64,000 nt of DNA from positions 11,114-75,113 of the IMG/VR virus record IMGVR_UViG_3300037200_000088. One strand, given 5' to 3'. This document shows positions 9,141 to 18,658 of the stretch, piece by piece. The translations under genes were made by a program, and so were the position numbers. This stretch comes from a virus. Below the pieces are notes generated by a model, which made no database searches, was not told the DNA's origin, and worked only from the letters and a program-made list of their open reading frames with translations. Within the stretch, counting starts at the first letter, position 1, and each line of letters begins with the position of its first letter.

Positions 9141-10652
9141 TCAGAATTTGATAATGACGAAGCCATTGGCGCCGGTCCCGCCGTTGGCCGTGCCGCTGGC
9201 GCAGGCGCCCCCGTTTGACCCGCCGCCTGGAAACAGACCGGCCGCACCGACAGGACCGATGACCCCCCAATTTGGCGCGCCACCCCCGAATGGTGAGCCG
9301 CCGCCCGCGCCGTTGACAGGGAGCGCGCCAGATCCCGTGCCGGTGGCTGAGCCGATACCGCCCTGCTCGCCGTTCAACTCGATTTGAGCACCGAAGCCGC
9401 TGCCACCGACGCCCGGAACGTTGATCGCGTTAGGCGACCCGCCGCCGCCGCCGGTCGCATAAACCGGCGTGGTTGACCCAAAGGTGGTCGTGCCGCCAGC
9501 GCTGCCGTAATTGGCGCCGATGCCCCCGGTGCCGCCGGCTCCCACCGTGACGGTGATCACCTGCCCGGGCGTGACCCCTACGTCGTACGCGTGCGCGTAA
9601 CCACCGCCGCCGCCGCCGCTCGATGATGCGTTGGTCCCGGAGGAGCCGCCACCAGCGCCGCCAGCGCCCCAGAGTTCAACCTCTTTCAGGTTGTAGAGTC
9701 CCGCCGGAACCGTCCATGTGGTTGAAGAAAGAAACGGTATTACCTGCGATATGGCTTGGCTGTCGGTGTAGACGCCTAGCAACTGAGCCGACGACCCGGT
9801 GTTGGAAAAGAGAGTGTTCGCGCTGGCCTGAATGTCGTTTTTCTGGCAAGGCGTCCCATCCGCCCGGGTAATGGTCAACTGGCCGAGCGATCCGATCTGG
9901 ATCGTGGGCGTCGTTGTCTGGTTATTGTGAGCGACGTCCACCAAGTAGAGTTGGCCCTGCTTGTAGGCCGTGATCGCCGGCGCAAGATTGGTGACCTCGA
10001 TCGCGTCGGCCGCGCCACTGTCCGCGCCGAAATACGGGCCGACGCCATTGACGCTGGCGCTGGTGCTGTAGGCGTCGATCAGTTGGACGCCCGAACCTGT
10101 ATCGGCGAACAGCGTATCCGCGCCGGCCTTGATGTCGTGCGGCTGGCAAGGCGTCCCGTCCGCCCTGGTGATCGTTTGCACGCCGATCGAATTGATCTCG
10201 AATGTCGGCGTCGTGGTCAGATTGTCGTGCGCGACGTTGATCAGGAAAAGCTGGCCGGCGACATAACCGGTAATCGAGGGCGAGAGATCGGTAACGTGGA
10301 TAGCGTCCGCCGATCCGCTGTCGATCCCGTAGTAGGGGCCGAGGAACCCGGTAGGCGGCGCGGGAAGATTGGCGGCGATGACGGCTTCGAGCGCCGCCAG
10401 AAACTCCGCCTCAAGCGTCGCAACATTGCCATCGTCGTTGACGTTGGCCGACTGATGATCGGCGGTAAATTGCGCAATCATGGTCGCGACGACGCTCGCT
10501 TGGCGCATCGCATTGTTGAAGGTCACCGGGTCGGCAATGCCGATTTGCGCACCGAGTTGGCGGATCGTCGCCGCAGCATAAGCCGCTGGTGTCGCAGGTA
10601 TATTCGCGCCAACCCCAGTCGCCCAGGTGACAAATTCGTTGGTGGGAGGCAT
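9141..10652 (-). CDS. Tail fibre protein with an internal domain duplication and a Gly-rich C-terminal domain
   Basis: NNAMRQASVVATMIAQF...DDGNVATL baseplate-attachment N-terminus; TWTVPAG..VELWGAGGAGG domain. Confidence 0.85.
   Translation of the reverse strand: MPPTNEFVTWATGVGANIPATPAAYAAATIRQLGAQIGIADPVTFNNAMRQASVVATMIAQFTADHQSANVNDDGNVATLEAEFLAALEAVIAANLPAPPTGFLGPYYGIDSGSADAIHVTDLSPSITGYVAGQLFLINVAHDNLTTTPTFEINSIGVQTITRADGTPCQPHDIKAGADTLFADTGSGVQLIDAYSTSASVNGVGPYFGADSGAADAIEVTNLAPAITAYKQGQLYLVDVAHNNQTTTPTIQIGSLGQLTITRADGTPCQKNDIQASANTLFSNTGSSAQLLGVYTDSQAISQVIPFLSSTTWTVPAGLYNLKEVELWGAGGAGGGSSGTNASSSGGGGGGYAHAYDVGVTPGQVITVTVGAGGTGGIGANYGSAGGTTTFGSTTPVYATGGGGGSPNAINVPGVGGSGFGAQIELNGEQGGIGSATGTGSGALPVNGAGGGSPFGGGAPNWGVIGPVGAAGLFPGGGSNGGACASGTANGGTGANGFVIIKF
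9768..10340 (-). repeat. Tandem ~300-bp domain duplication inside the tail fibre gene
   Basis: GPYYGIDSGSADAI...TITRADGTPCQ and GPYFGADSGAADAI...TITRADGTPCQ. Confidence 0.9.
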
Positions 10653-10664
10653 TCTGAAGTCCCT

Positions 10665-11474
10665 TTAGGAGACGATGTTCTGAGCGACGAAGTCGGGCGG
10701 TTCGCCCCAAGAGCCGACTTCCCAGCCGGAGACGAATTCGTTCATCAGGCCCCAACCAAACAAAGGCGTGTTGTCGACCGTGACGACCTTGATATCGAGA
10801 TAGACGCCAGCGGGACCGATCGGGATCAGCTTTTGGGCAAGGATTTCGAGATCAACGACGCTCGGTATCTGCCCTGAGACGCCTATTTCCCAGTGCATCC
10901 CGATCGTCTGCAGCGTTGGCTGCGTCTGACCCAAGAACTCGCCCGGCGCGCGCCAGTAGGCCTGCCCCCAGCCATTGGCGGGAACGCCCCACGAGAACGG
11001 CTGGATGACACCGACGGCGCCGGAGACATCCTCAACGAACACATGGGTTGCCGGATTGATGAAGTACGCGTTGAGCGCGGCTTGCGCCGAGTCGGTTTGA
11101 CCGTCGCCGTAGTTGGCGATGATCTTGGCGTAGAGCAGCCGGCGGTAGGTGTCGTCGTCGAGGCTGTCGATGTAGGCCGCGTTGATATTGGGGCCTTGCC
11201 AGTAGCCTTGCGACCAGCCGCGAAGCGGATCGCTCCAAGTGAACCAGGGCTGCGCTACCGGGATCGTGACCTTGCGCGATTGCCCGACCCATTGACCGAC
11301 TACATCGAGCTGTGCACCGACCGCGACGTTGAGATCGAACGCCTGCGAGAGATTTGCGAAAAAGCTCTGGACATCGGCGAACGAAGCGACAGAGGCGGCG
11401 ATCGTCGCATTGAAGTTAGGCTTGTTGGCATAGAGCGGCGGGATGAGCGCCAGATAGTCGTTGGTGGCGCGCAT
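10665..11474 (-). CDS. Baseplate wedge protein (DUF2612)
   Basis: AFDLNVAVGAQLDVVGQWVG...LDDDTYRRLLYAKIIAN. Confidence 0.85.
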   Translation of the reverse strand: MRATNDYLALIPPLYANKPNFNATIAASVASFADVQSFFANLSQAFDLNVAVGAQLDVVGQWVGQSRKVTIPVAQPWFTWSDPLRGWSQGYWQGPNINAAYIDSLDDDTYRRLLYAKIIANYGDGQTDSAQAALNAYFINPATHVFVEDVSGAVGVIQPFSWGVPANGWGQAYWRAPGEFLGQTQPTLQTIGMHWEIGVSGQIPSVVDLEILAQKLIPIGPAGVYLDIKVVTVDNTPLFGWGLMNEFVSGWEVGSWGEPPDFVAQNIVS

Positions 11475-11523
11475 CAGGTTTTGCCTCTATAGGCTCTCAA
11501 AGAAGTTCTGGAGGATCGAAGAG

Positions 11524-11745
11524 ATGACCGTTGACGAGCTGCGCACCGCACTTGAGGGCGTGCCGGGCGAGCTGGAAGTGCAAATGTATTGCGATCAAAC
11601 GCTTGCGGAGGTGGACGTCGCGCACGTCGCTCGTCTGGACAGAAACTCGCGCATGAAACTTGGCGAGCCGTTATCCCCGAGGGGGACACCCTTCTTTGCG
11701 GTCGGCGATAAATATCCTGATAAATCCAAGCCTACGGATTGCTGA
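11524..11745 (+). CDS. Small hypothetical protein, antisense inside the baseplate operon
   Basis: GGAGGA RBS upstream of ATG 11524; MTVDELRTALEGVPGELEV; fills the gap between baseplate J and DUF2612. Confidence 0.65.
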   Translation: MTVDELRTALEGVPGELEVQMYCDQTLAEVDVAHVARLDRNSRMKLGEPLSPRGTPFFAVGDKYPDKSKPTDC

Positions 11746-12931
11746 CGATGACCGAGACGTTCCCCGGCACGCACAGCGGCGCTTCGTTGAAGTTGATCAT
11801 TACGTCGGCTTGCGTGGGCGTAAGACCATCGCGCGCGACGGCGATCGATTGGATTTCGAACGTCTGCGATTGCAAGCCGCCGAACAGATAGGCCGCAGCG
11901 TAGGCGCGGGTCCATTGGATGCCGTTGCCGATCCCGATATTGTTGGTCCAATTGGCAAGCGAATTCTGGATCAGCGCCTCGACATCGGTCGTGAATCCGT
12001 TCAGCGATTTGATCGTCACGGCATAGGTGATCAGCGGTTCGAGCACCGGGAAATAGTTGACCGTCGAGGGAATGCCATAAGCGTCGGTGAGGATAACCGA
12101 CGCCGAGCCATAGGTGCCGCAGCCGCCCTTTTTCGCCTTGATGGTCGCCGCGATCGAAGCCGCAACGCCTCCGTCGACGACGACCGCGATGCAATGGCCG
12201 GGAACGCCGTTCGCGTCGGGCAGGTTGCCCTCGTTCTCGTAGCAGCGCACGCGCGCAACGCCGGGCAGCGCCTCGATCGCGCCCTGTACGCCTTGCAGGA
12301 TCGCGGTAGAGGAATTCATGGTCGAAACCGACTGGCGCTGGCGTAGCGTCGCGTCGTCCTCAACCGGCAACCCTGCAGTGGCGTCGGAGATGTTGATCGC
12401 CGACTGCCAGCCTGGTTGGCTGTTCGATATTTCGTTGATCGTACCTTGCGGCGCCAGGATCGCCCCCGGCGTCGTGCAAATCGCGGTGACGACGATCTGC
12501 CCCGAGTAGGGGATCGTGACATTCGCCGGCAGCGCCCATGTGAAGCCGCCCTCATCCTCGAGCAGGCCGTTGATGATCGGCGAGAACGCCTGACCGACGA
12601 TCAGGATTTGCGCGTTCGAGTAGGAGGGGATCAGGCGTGCAAGACCGTTGATCTTGACGACGCTGGAAAGCCCGACGCCTTGCGCTGTAGTTGGTGAGAA
12701 CGCGTTGTACGCTTGGACCGCCATTGCGTTGGTGTCGTCGATCGCGGAAGCAATCAACCCGACCCATTCTCCGTCTTGCGTCGAGGAATCTAGACTTACG
12801 TCGCTGCCGTAAATCGACTGAAACTGCGCCACGACCCATGCCAGAACGGTCGCCAGCGTCGGCCGGCTGATCCCCGTAGGCGTGATCGTGCAAACCGGCG
12901 TCGTGCCGGCCTGGATTGACGACGTCGCCAT
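11732..12931 (-). CDS. Baseplate J / gp47-like protein
   Basis: ITPTGISRP...QSIYGSD...STQDGEW; EDDATLRQRQ; YENEG..DANGVPGHCI. Confidence 0.9.
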   Translation of the reverse strand: MATSSIQAGTTPVCTITPTGISRPTLATVLAWVVAQFQSIYGSDVSLDSSTQDGEWVGLIASAIDDTNAMAVQAYNAFSPTTAQGVGLSSVVKINGLARLIPSYSNAQILIVGQAFSPIINGLLEDEGGFTWALPANVTIPYSGQIVVTAICTTPGAILAPQGTINEISNSQPGWQSAINISDATAGLPVEDDATLRQRQSVSTMNSSTAILQGVQGAIEALPGVARVRCYENEGNLPDANGVPGHCIAVVVDGGVAASIAATIKAKKGGCGTYGSASVILTDAYGIPSTVNYFPVLEPLITYAVTIKSLNGFTTDVEALIQNSLANWTNNIGIGNGIQWTRAYAAAYLFGGLQSQTFEIQSIAVARDGLTPTQADVMINFNEAPLCVPGNVSVIVSNP

Positions 12932-12932
12932 T

Positions 12933-13322
12933 TTAGATCGGACCTAGGAAGACATATTGGCCGAACGACGTGTCGACCTTGGCGGCGACATTCCACTGGC
13001 GCGTCTGCCGATTGAGCTGCGAATTGTAGCCGTCAATCCCGTTCACGTTCGGCGTGGCAAGGATGCGCTGTTGGATAGTCGCGTCGCGGAAGTCCTCGGT
13101 GTATTTGCCAAGCACGCGGGTCAACCAAGGCGTGCCGTCGTCGACATTTAAAAACCATTGCCCGAGCCAAAGTAAAAGACGCGTCTCGACCAACTGACCG
13201 ACGCCTTCCGCCTTGTTGATGTAGTAGTCAGACGCGCCATGGCCGAAGACCATGTCTCCGCCGCCGGCGCCGGTGATAGCGACGCCGCCGGTAACAGGAG
13301 GACTGAGTTTTCTGATCCTCAC
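12933..13322 (-). CDS. Baseplate wedge / sheath initiator (gp46/gp25-like)
   Basis: GDMVFG...RLLLWLGQWFLNVDDGTPW; lies between spike and J. Confidence 0.8.
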   Translation of the reverse strand: MRIRKLSPPVTGGVAITGAGGGDMVFGHGASDYYINKAEGVGQLVETRLLLWLGQWFLNVDDGTPWLTRVLGKYTEDFRDATIQQRILATPNVNGIDGYNSQLNRQTRQWNVAAKVDTSFGQYVFLGPI

Positions 13323-13325
13323 GCC

Positions 13326-14828
13326 TCAAAGCCCCCCTGTCGCCCCGGCGCTGTCCGCGTCCGCGTCGGGGAAGGATTGGATCGCAACGATGTCATCCGC
13401 CGTCGGCTCGATTTCCGCCGCCATCGCGGCGATCAGCGCTGCGATTTGCGGTCCGGCCAGCGTGGCGGCGACGGCGAGTTCGTTCGGATCCAGGCTGACG
13501 CCCATCGAGCCGGCGAGCGCCGCGAGCTGTAGCGCGGGCAGCGCGGCCTGCAACGTCGCAATCGCTGAGTTGGCGTTGGTCATCAGCGCGTTGATCTGCG
13601 CCGTCATGGCGGTGAAAGCCGCCATAGCCACGGCTTGGCTAGTTTCCGTAGAGAGCACGCCGGCCGTCAACCCCGTGACCTGGGCTTCTATCGCCGCGAG
13701 CGTCGAGGCGCTTTGCAGCGGTGCGAGTACGGCTGAGAGCGAAACCGGCGTCGGCGGATCGATTCCGAAATATTGGGTTATGTTCTGCGCCTGCGCCACG
13801 ACGTCCGTGAGGCCGTACGCGCCTCCGGTTGGCGTCGTAGCCCCGGAAAGGGCCGATACGCCCGTCTCCAGCGCCCCTACGGCCGCCGAGAGGCCTCCCG
13901 AGCCGGTTAGCGCCGAGACGAGGCCAGCGCCGGCCCCGCCGAGCGTCGAGGTCAGTGAGGAGGCGGCCGAGGTAATCGCCGAGGTCAGGGAAGACGTCGC
14001 GGCTGCGGTCGGGCTCGAAAGCAGCGAGCTTATACCGACCGACATCACCGTCGACATAATCGAGGAGATCTGGCTCGATCCGGACATTGGCGGCGGTATC
14101 GGCTTGGTCGCGACCAGTTTTCGGTTGGCGAAGGTCATTCCCGGCGAAGGCAGCGGGCTTTGCTGAATCGTGTTGATCAAAACCTTGGCGGCGTTTTTGA
14201 TGATGTTGCCGCTGGGAAGATGGATGGTCCCCGCCGCACCGCTGCCGCCAGTCGCGCCGCCGCTGCTAACCCCGCCGCCGCCGCTGCCGACGATGACCAG
14301 GTGCTTGACCGTCGAGGAGTGCGTGATCCCATTCGAGGGGTGGACATCGCTGACGTGGTTGCCGTTGTCGGAGCGGTTTTGCTGCGAGGTGGTCGACGGC
14401 GGCGGATTGAGCTTGCGCGGGTCGGATCGGCCGCCTGGCAACCAGCGAGAGTCGGCGAGATGGTGCGTCCTGTTGTCGATCGGGTCCTGAATACCGCCTT
14501 TTTGGTGCCAGAGATCCTGGGCCCGGCTGAGAAACTGGACGATCCCCTCGTCGCCCTTTTTTACCGGGTGGGTGTGCGATACGCCGCCCCCGTTGGGAAA
14601 GTGCACGGGGCTGGTATCGAGCGGGGGGAACGCGATCATTTTGACCGTGCCGTCCAGCATGGTGATCGCGAGATTGACGGCGGAGCTCGCGGTCGCGATA
14701 TGCCCATTGCTATCCTGCGAGATGATCGCTGGCAGTGAGGTCCAGATACCCTTCAGCGCGCCGTTGACAGCCTCCTCAACCGCGTCCATTTCCTGCGCGG
14801 CGTTCATCTTGATGCGCAGGACGTCCAT
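13326..14828 (-). CDS. Baseplate central spike (Gp138 N-terminal domain) with a long C-terminal extension
   Basis: IWTSLPAII...PVHFPNGGG..HPVKKGDEGIVQF...RTHHLAD. Confidence 0.8.
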   Translation of the reverse strand: MDVLRIKMNAAQEMDAVEEAVNGALKGIWTSLPAIISQDSNGHIATASSAVNLAITMLDGTVKMIAFPPLDTSPVHFPNGGGVSHTHPVKKGDEGIVQFLSRAQDLWHQKGGIQDPIDNRTHHLADSRWLPGGRSDPRKLNPPPSTTSQQNRSDNGNHVSDVHPSNGITHSSTVKHLVIVGSGGGGVSSGGATGGSGAAGTIHLPSGNIIKNAAKVLINTIQQSPLPSPGMTFANRKLVATKPIPPPMSGSSQISSIMSTVMSVGISSLLSSPTAAATSSLTSAITSAASSLTSTLGGAGAGLVSALTGSGGLSAAVGALETGVSALSGATTPTGGAYGLTDVVAQAQNITQYFGIDPPTPVSLSAVLAPLQSASTLAAIEAQVTGLTAGVLSTETSQAVAMAAFTAMTAQINALMTNANSAIATLQAALPALQLAALAGSMGVSLDPNELAVAATLAGPQIAALIAAMAAEIEPTADDIVAIQSFPDADADSAGATGGL

Positions 14829-15802
14829 CAGGTTCCACCCAATTGGGCGGAAGAGAAGGTTTCGGCGGGCGTCGGCGCCTGGCCGAGCACGTTCATCGCG
14901 AGGTCCTGATACCAGGGCGTCCCGCGCGTGTCGGCGTCGACGTCGATCCGATAAATCCTGTAAATTCCGTCGCCGGCAACCGCCGCCATGTTGATCGCAT
15001 TGGGCAAATAGTTGGGGTCAATCGATCCGTCCGAGAGAAGCTGCGGAAGCATGCCTTGGACCAGCGACTCATCAATATGCACCAAGCTATGGAACTTTAG
15101 TTGTGGATTGATCAACGACCTTGCGTACAGGCCGCCGGTTTCGAGCGTCGGCATGCCGATCAGGCCAGTCAGCGTGTTCAATTCGGTCGCGCCGCCGGGG
15201 ATCGCATCGTTGGGCGTGACCAGGTGCACCAGCGCATTTTGGATCGAAGCCGTCGCGCCCTTGGATTTGGCGACGTCGTTCATCAATTTCCACGCCATGC
15301 CGAACAGCGCGATCGAGCGCGGGTAGACCGGCGTCGAGAGCTGAACCGACGGTCCAACAAAGCCGAGGCCAACGCCGAACTGTTTCAAGGCGGCGATCGA
15401 CGTGTTGACGATATCGTTCGGCGTCGAGCCGGGCGGAAGCGTCTTGTTGACTTGCGCGTAGGTCTGCGCCTGCCCGCCGTCCGAGGCTAGGATCGTCGTC
15501 ATCGTGTCGGTCGGGTTCTCGCGGCCGTAAATCGCCTTGCGCAGATCGCCTTGAAAGATCAGCCCCATGTTCCCGACGTAACCGGCGCTGATCGAAACGT
15601 TGCTGCCCTCCGCCTGCGGGGCACAAAGCGCCTTCGCAAGCCCGGGGTTCTGGTTGGTCAACAGGATCGTCGCCGTATTCGGCTGGTTGAGCGTCGATTG
15701 CTTGATCTTGAAACGGACGCGGATGCTGCCTTCGTTGGCGTCATAGGTTTTGCCGATATAGGCGAAGGTGACCGCGCATTGGCGGATGTAGTTGGCACTC
15801 AT
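14828..15802 (-). CDS. Baseplate hub protein
   Basis: PNTATILLTN, ISAGYVGNMGLIFQG, TGLIGMP..SLINPQL, DTRGTPWY. Confidence 0.85.
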   Translation of the reverse strand: MSANYIRQCAVTFAYIGKTYDANEGSIRVRFKIKQSTLNQPNTATILLTNQNPGLAKALCAPQAEGSNVSISAGYVGNMGLIFQGDLRKAIYGRENPTDTMTTILASDGGQAQTYAQVNKTLPPGSTPNDIVNTSIAALKQFGVGLGFVGPSVQLSTPVYPRSIALFGMAWKLMNDVAKSKGATASIQNALVHLVTPNDAIPGGATELNTLTGLIGMPTLETGGLYARSLINPQLKFHSLVHIDESLVQGMLPQLLSDGSIDPNYLPNAINMAAVAGDGIYRIYRIDVDADTRGTPWYQDLAMNVLGQAPTPAETFSSAQLGGT

Positions 15803-16110
15803 GCCGCTATGTACAAATGAGCGGAACTTCCTAGATTGAAGAAACGCGGCACGGCGTCGGGATCTGCATCGGTAGCGCAGTACATTTGGCAACCGAAGTT
15901 CAAATACTCATATTGAGCCAGCAAGTCTGCCCCGGTAACCAACGGAATGCCTTGCACCAGAGGATTGTCGTCGCTGTCGGCGATATCCAACTCCCAGCAA
16001 TCATTTGGCGTGAAGAGATAGATCAGCCTCAAGTTATAACTCTGCCCATTGGGGAAAACGACCGAAAGCGTTTGAGGCTGCGGCGTCAGCGGGACTTCGT
16101 AGACCGTCAT
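15799..16110 (-). CDS. Baseplate component (DUF6983-like)
   Basis: MTVYEVPLTPQPQTL...GIPLVTGADLLAQYEYLNFG. Confidence 0.8.
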   Translation of the reverse strand: MTVYEVPLTPQPQTLSVVFPNGQSYNLRLIYLFTPNDCWELDIADSDDNPLVQGIPLVTGADLLAQYEYLNFGCQMYCATDADPDAVPRFFNLGSSAHLYIAA

Positions 16111-16799
16111 GGCGAATAGGCCGTGGGCGCCCCAGCGCCGGCTGGGACGAGGCTTTGCGTGCCGGCCCCGGTGACGTCGTTCGGAAACGTCATCGCGCCG
16201 AAAGCGTCGGGGGTGACCGAGCCGGCCGGAATCGTCGCGACGCCATTGCCGACTTGCGGCGTCGGAACGCCGCTCGGGTTGTTGGTAATCGATCCGATTT
16301 GGCTTGACCCGTTGGTGTTGGCGGGCGTCGTCGCGCTCATCGTCGTGTTGGTGATGACGATATGCTGCGCGGTCGCGACGCACATCAGCGTATATTCGGA
16401 ATCCGGGTCGGTCTTGACCAGGAGCGTGCGCAGCAACATCGAGGAATATTGGCGTTTTCCAGTCGAGATGTTGAACGGCGTTTTCGAGGCTTGCAGCGCG
16501 AGAAATGCCGCATAAACCGCTTGGACGTAGCCGGAGGTTTGCGCGTTCGAGTCCGACCAGCCGCAACGGATTTCAACCGTGTAGGGCTGAAGGAAGGCGT
16601 GGTCGGTGACTGGCGTCCCGTATTCGACGGGATGCTGGGTGATCGCCAATTCGTCGTTGTGTGTCTCCTCGACGACGACGTGGGGATAGAGGTCGCCGAT
16701 CGAGCGGACGCCAGGTTGAATCAACGCGTAATTTGCCGAGGTGTCGCCGATCAGCGGGCCGAATGTCGACGCAGCCGAAACGATGTTGTTTGCCATCAC
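16107..16799 (-). CDS. Distal tail / tube-initiator (Dit-like) protein
   Basis: EETHNDELAITQHPVEYGTPVTDHAF; ISTGKRQYSSMLL. Confidence 0.85.
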   Translation of the reverse strand: MMANNIVSAASTFGPLIGDTSANYALIQPGVRSIGDLYPHVVVEETHNDELAITQHPVEYGTPVTDHAFLQPYTVEIRCGWSDSNAQTSGYVQAVYAAFLALQASKTPFNISTGKRQYSSMLLRTLLVKTDPDSEYTLMCVATAQHIVITNTTMSATTPANTNGSSQIGSITNNPSGVPTPQVGNGVATIPAGSVTPDAFGAMTFPNDVTGAGTQSLVPAGAGAPTAYSP

Positions 16800-18658
16800 G
16801 GACTCGCCGCTTGCAGGGCTTGGCTCAAATCATCGTTGACGCCCTTTTGCGCGCCGTGAACAAGCCGCGCGACGGCGACTGGGTCGCCGGTTCCGTCGAC
16901 GTGGATCGTAGTTTGCGTCGGCGCGTTGATATGCGTGTCGCCGCTGGCCCCGCCCAAGATCGGCGGGCTCGCCATTGCGCCCGAAATGAGCGGTCCACCA
17001 AACGCCGGGATTTGCATAGGCGGTGTGGGCGCCGCGTTCGGCCGACTCAGCGATCCTGCAAGAGCGCCGTAATCCGGGTGAACGTCCGTTCCCGGCGGGA
17101 GCGCCTGAAAGTTGGCCCCGGCGCGAGCGGCTTCGCTTCTCAGCGTCGAGTTTACCTCGGCGGACGCGCCCGGATAGTTGCCCAGGGCGCTTGAGAGCGA
17201 CCCGACGCCAAGGACTGTGATCCGTTTCGGATCGGCGCCCTTGTCGATTGCGGCCTGAATTTGCTGGCGGATCGTGGCCGCGGCGTGCGGCTCGTTGGAT
17301 GCACCGCTCGAGATGACGACGTCTTTGCCGGCGAGGCTTTGCCGATAGGCGGAGATTCGCTTGGCGACCCAGTCGGGCGTCTTCCCGACCACCGCGTTGT
17401 CGCTATCGGCGTGAAGCGCGCCGGCCAAGCCCGCGCCGATGCTATCGCCGAAGATGACCGTGCCGCCGCCGAGCGGCGCGCCGCTCCTGGCCGGCGGGGC
17501 GTTGGCGTCCGGCGAGGCGCCGGAAGGCACACGCACGGCTGGCGTAGCGGGCTCTCCCCCGCCAGCGCCGACCAGACCCTTAGCCCAATTCCAGGCTTTC
17601 GACGCACCGCCTTTCCAGTCCCAGGCCGGCGCATCTTTCTGGTCATTTAGGCCCTTGACTATATCGGCGGCGGGCGGGTTTACCGCACGGTCGGCCTGAT
17701 TGAGCATGCTGCCCGGCGTGTTGACCGAGCCATTCATCCAGACCAGCCAACCGACCAGGCTGTGAAACCGCATCGCGATATCGGCGATCGAGTCCGCAAG
17801 TCCTTTGACCAGCATGCGGAAGTCGCCCAATTCGTCTGGCTGGCCCAGCACGGCGCCAAAATCCTTGACCCATGCCGCTGTCATATCAGCGAGCGCTTTG
17901 GTTACCTCGCCGATCGCCTCGCCGATCTGAGCGCCGTTGGCGGTAATGAAGTCGTCGAAAGCCTGCATAGGCGCGGTGAAATCACGCTCTAGCGCCGAGC
18001 CGATCATGTCGGCGATGGCGCTGAGCTTGTTCGAGACGTCGCGCCAGATTGTCTGAAAGTTCTTACCGTCGATCGCCGCCTGCTCGATATTGAAACCAAG
18101 CGACTTGCGATAGGCCTCGAAACCGGCCAGATCGGGCAAGACCTCGTCCAAGTGCCGCTTCATCAGCAGGATCGGCTGCGCGGAAATGCCGACGACGGAG
18201 GCGAGGTTTTCGACCTGCTGGACGCTCAAGTTTCGCAGGTTCTCCAGCATCTCCTGCTGAATTTCGAGCTTTCCGGTAGTCGCGTCGAGGCCGAAGCCAA
18301 GCTTATTGAGTACCGAAATGTTGTTGCGATTTTCGCGAAGCTTTTGCGCAGCCGCCTCGAGTAGGCTGCTCGCCTCAGCCGCATTGCCCCCGTATTTCTT
18401 GATCAGCAGCGGAAAATCGTGGGCTAGCCCCGCCGAGCTATTGGCGCGCTGCGCGGCGAAGTAGAGATCGTCGAATTTAGTCGCCGCCTCCTTGACCGCC
18501 TCGCCGACCTTTTTGGCGATTTCAACCAACAGATCGCCGAGCAGTTGAGCCTTGAGCGTCGCGCTCGTAATCGCGGCCTCAAACTGATGCTGGTCGCGCT
18601 TGCCCCTCTCGGTATCCCAGCCGAGCGCAATCAGGAATTCGCGCAATGTTTCGGCCAT
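16796..18658 (-). CDS. Tape-measure paralogue 2 with an SGNH/GDSL hydrolase domain
   Basis: N-terminus ETLREFLIALGW..FDDLYFAAQR; SGNH blocks FGDSIG, VVG, SSGASN, DVHP. Confidence 0.85.
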   Translation of the reverse strand: MAETLREFLIALGWDTERGKRDQHQFEAAITSATLKAQLLGDLLVEIAKKVGEAVKEAATKFDDLYFAAQRANSSAGLAHDFPLLIKKYGGNAAEASSLLEAAAQKLRENRNNISVLNKLGFGLDATTGKLEIQQEMLENLRNLSVQQVENLASVVGISAQPILLMKRHLDEVLPDLAGFEAYRKSLGFNIEQAAIDGKNFQTIWRDVSNKLSAIADMIGSALERDFTAPMQAFDDFITANGAQIGEAIGEVTKALADMTAAWVKDFGAVLGQPDELGDFRMLVKGLADSIADIAMRFHSLVGWLVWMNGSVNTPGSMLNQADRAVNPPAADIVKGLNDQKDAPAWDWKGGASKAWNWAKGLVGAGGGEPATPAVRVPSGASPDANAPPARSGAPLGGGTVIFGDSIGAGLAGALHADSDNAVVGKTPDWVAKRISAYRQSLAGKDVVISSGASNEPHAAATIRQQIQAAIDKGADPKRITVLGVGSLSSALGNYPGASAEVNSTLRSEAARAGANFQALPPGTDVHPDYGALAGSLSRPNAAPTPPMQIPAFGGPLISGAMASPPILGGASGDTHINAPTQTTIHVDGTGDPVAVARLVHGAQKGVNDDLSQALQAASP

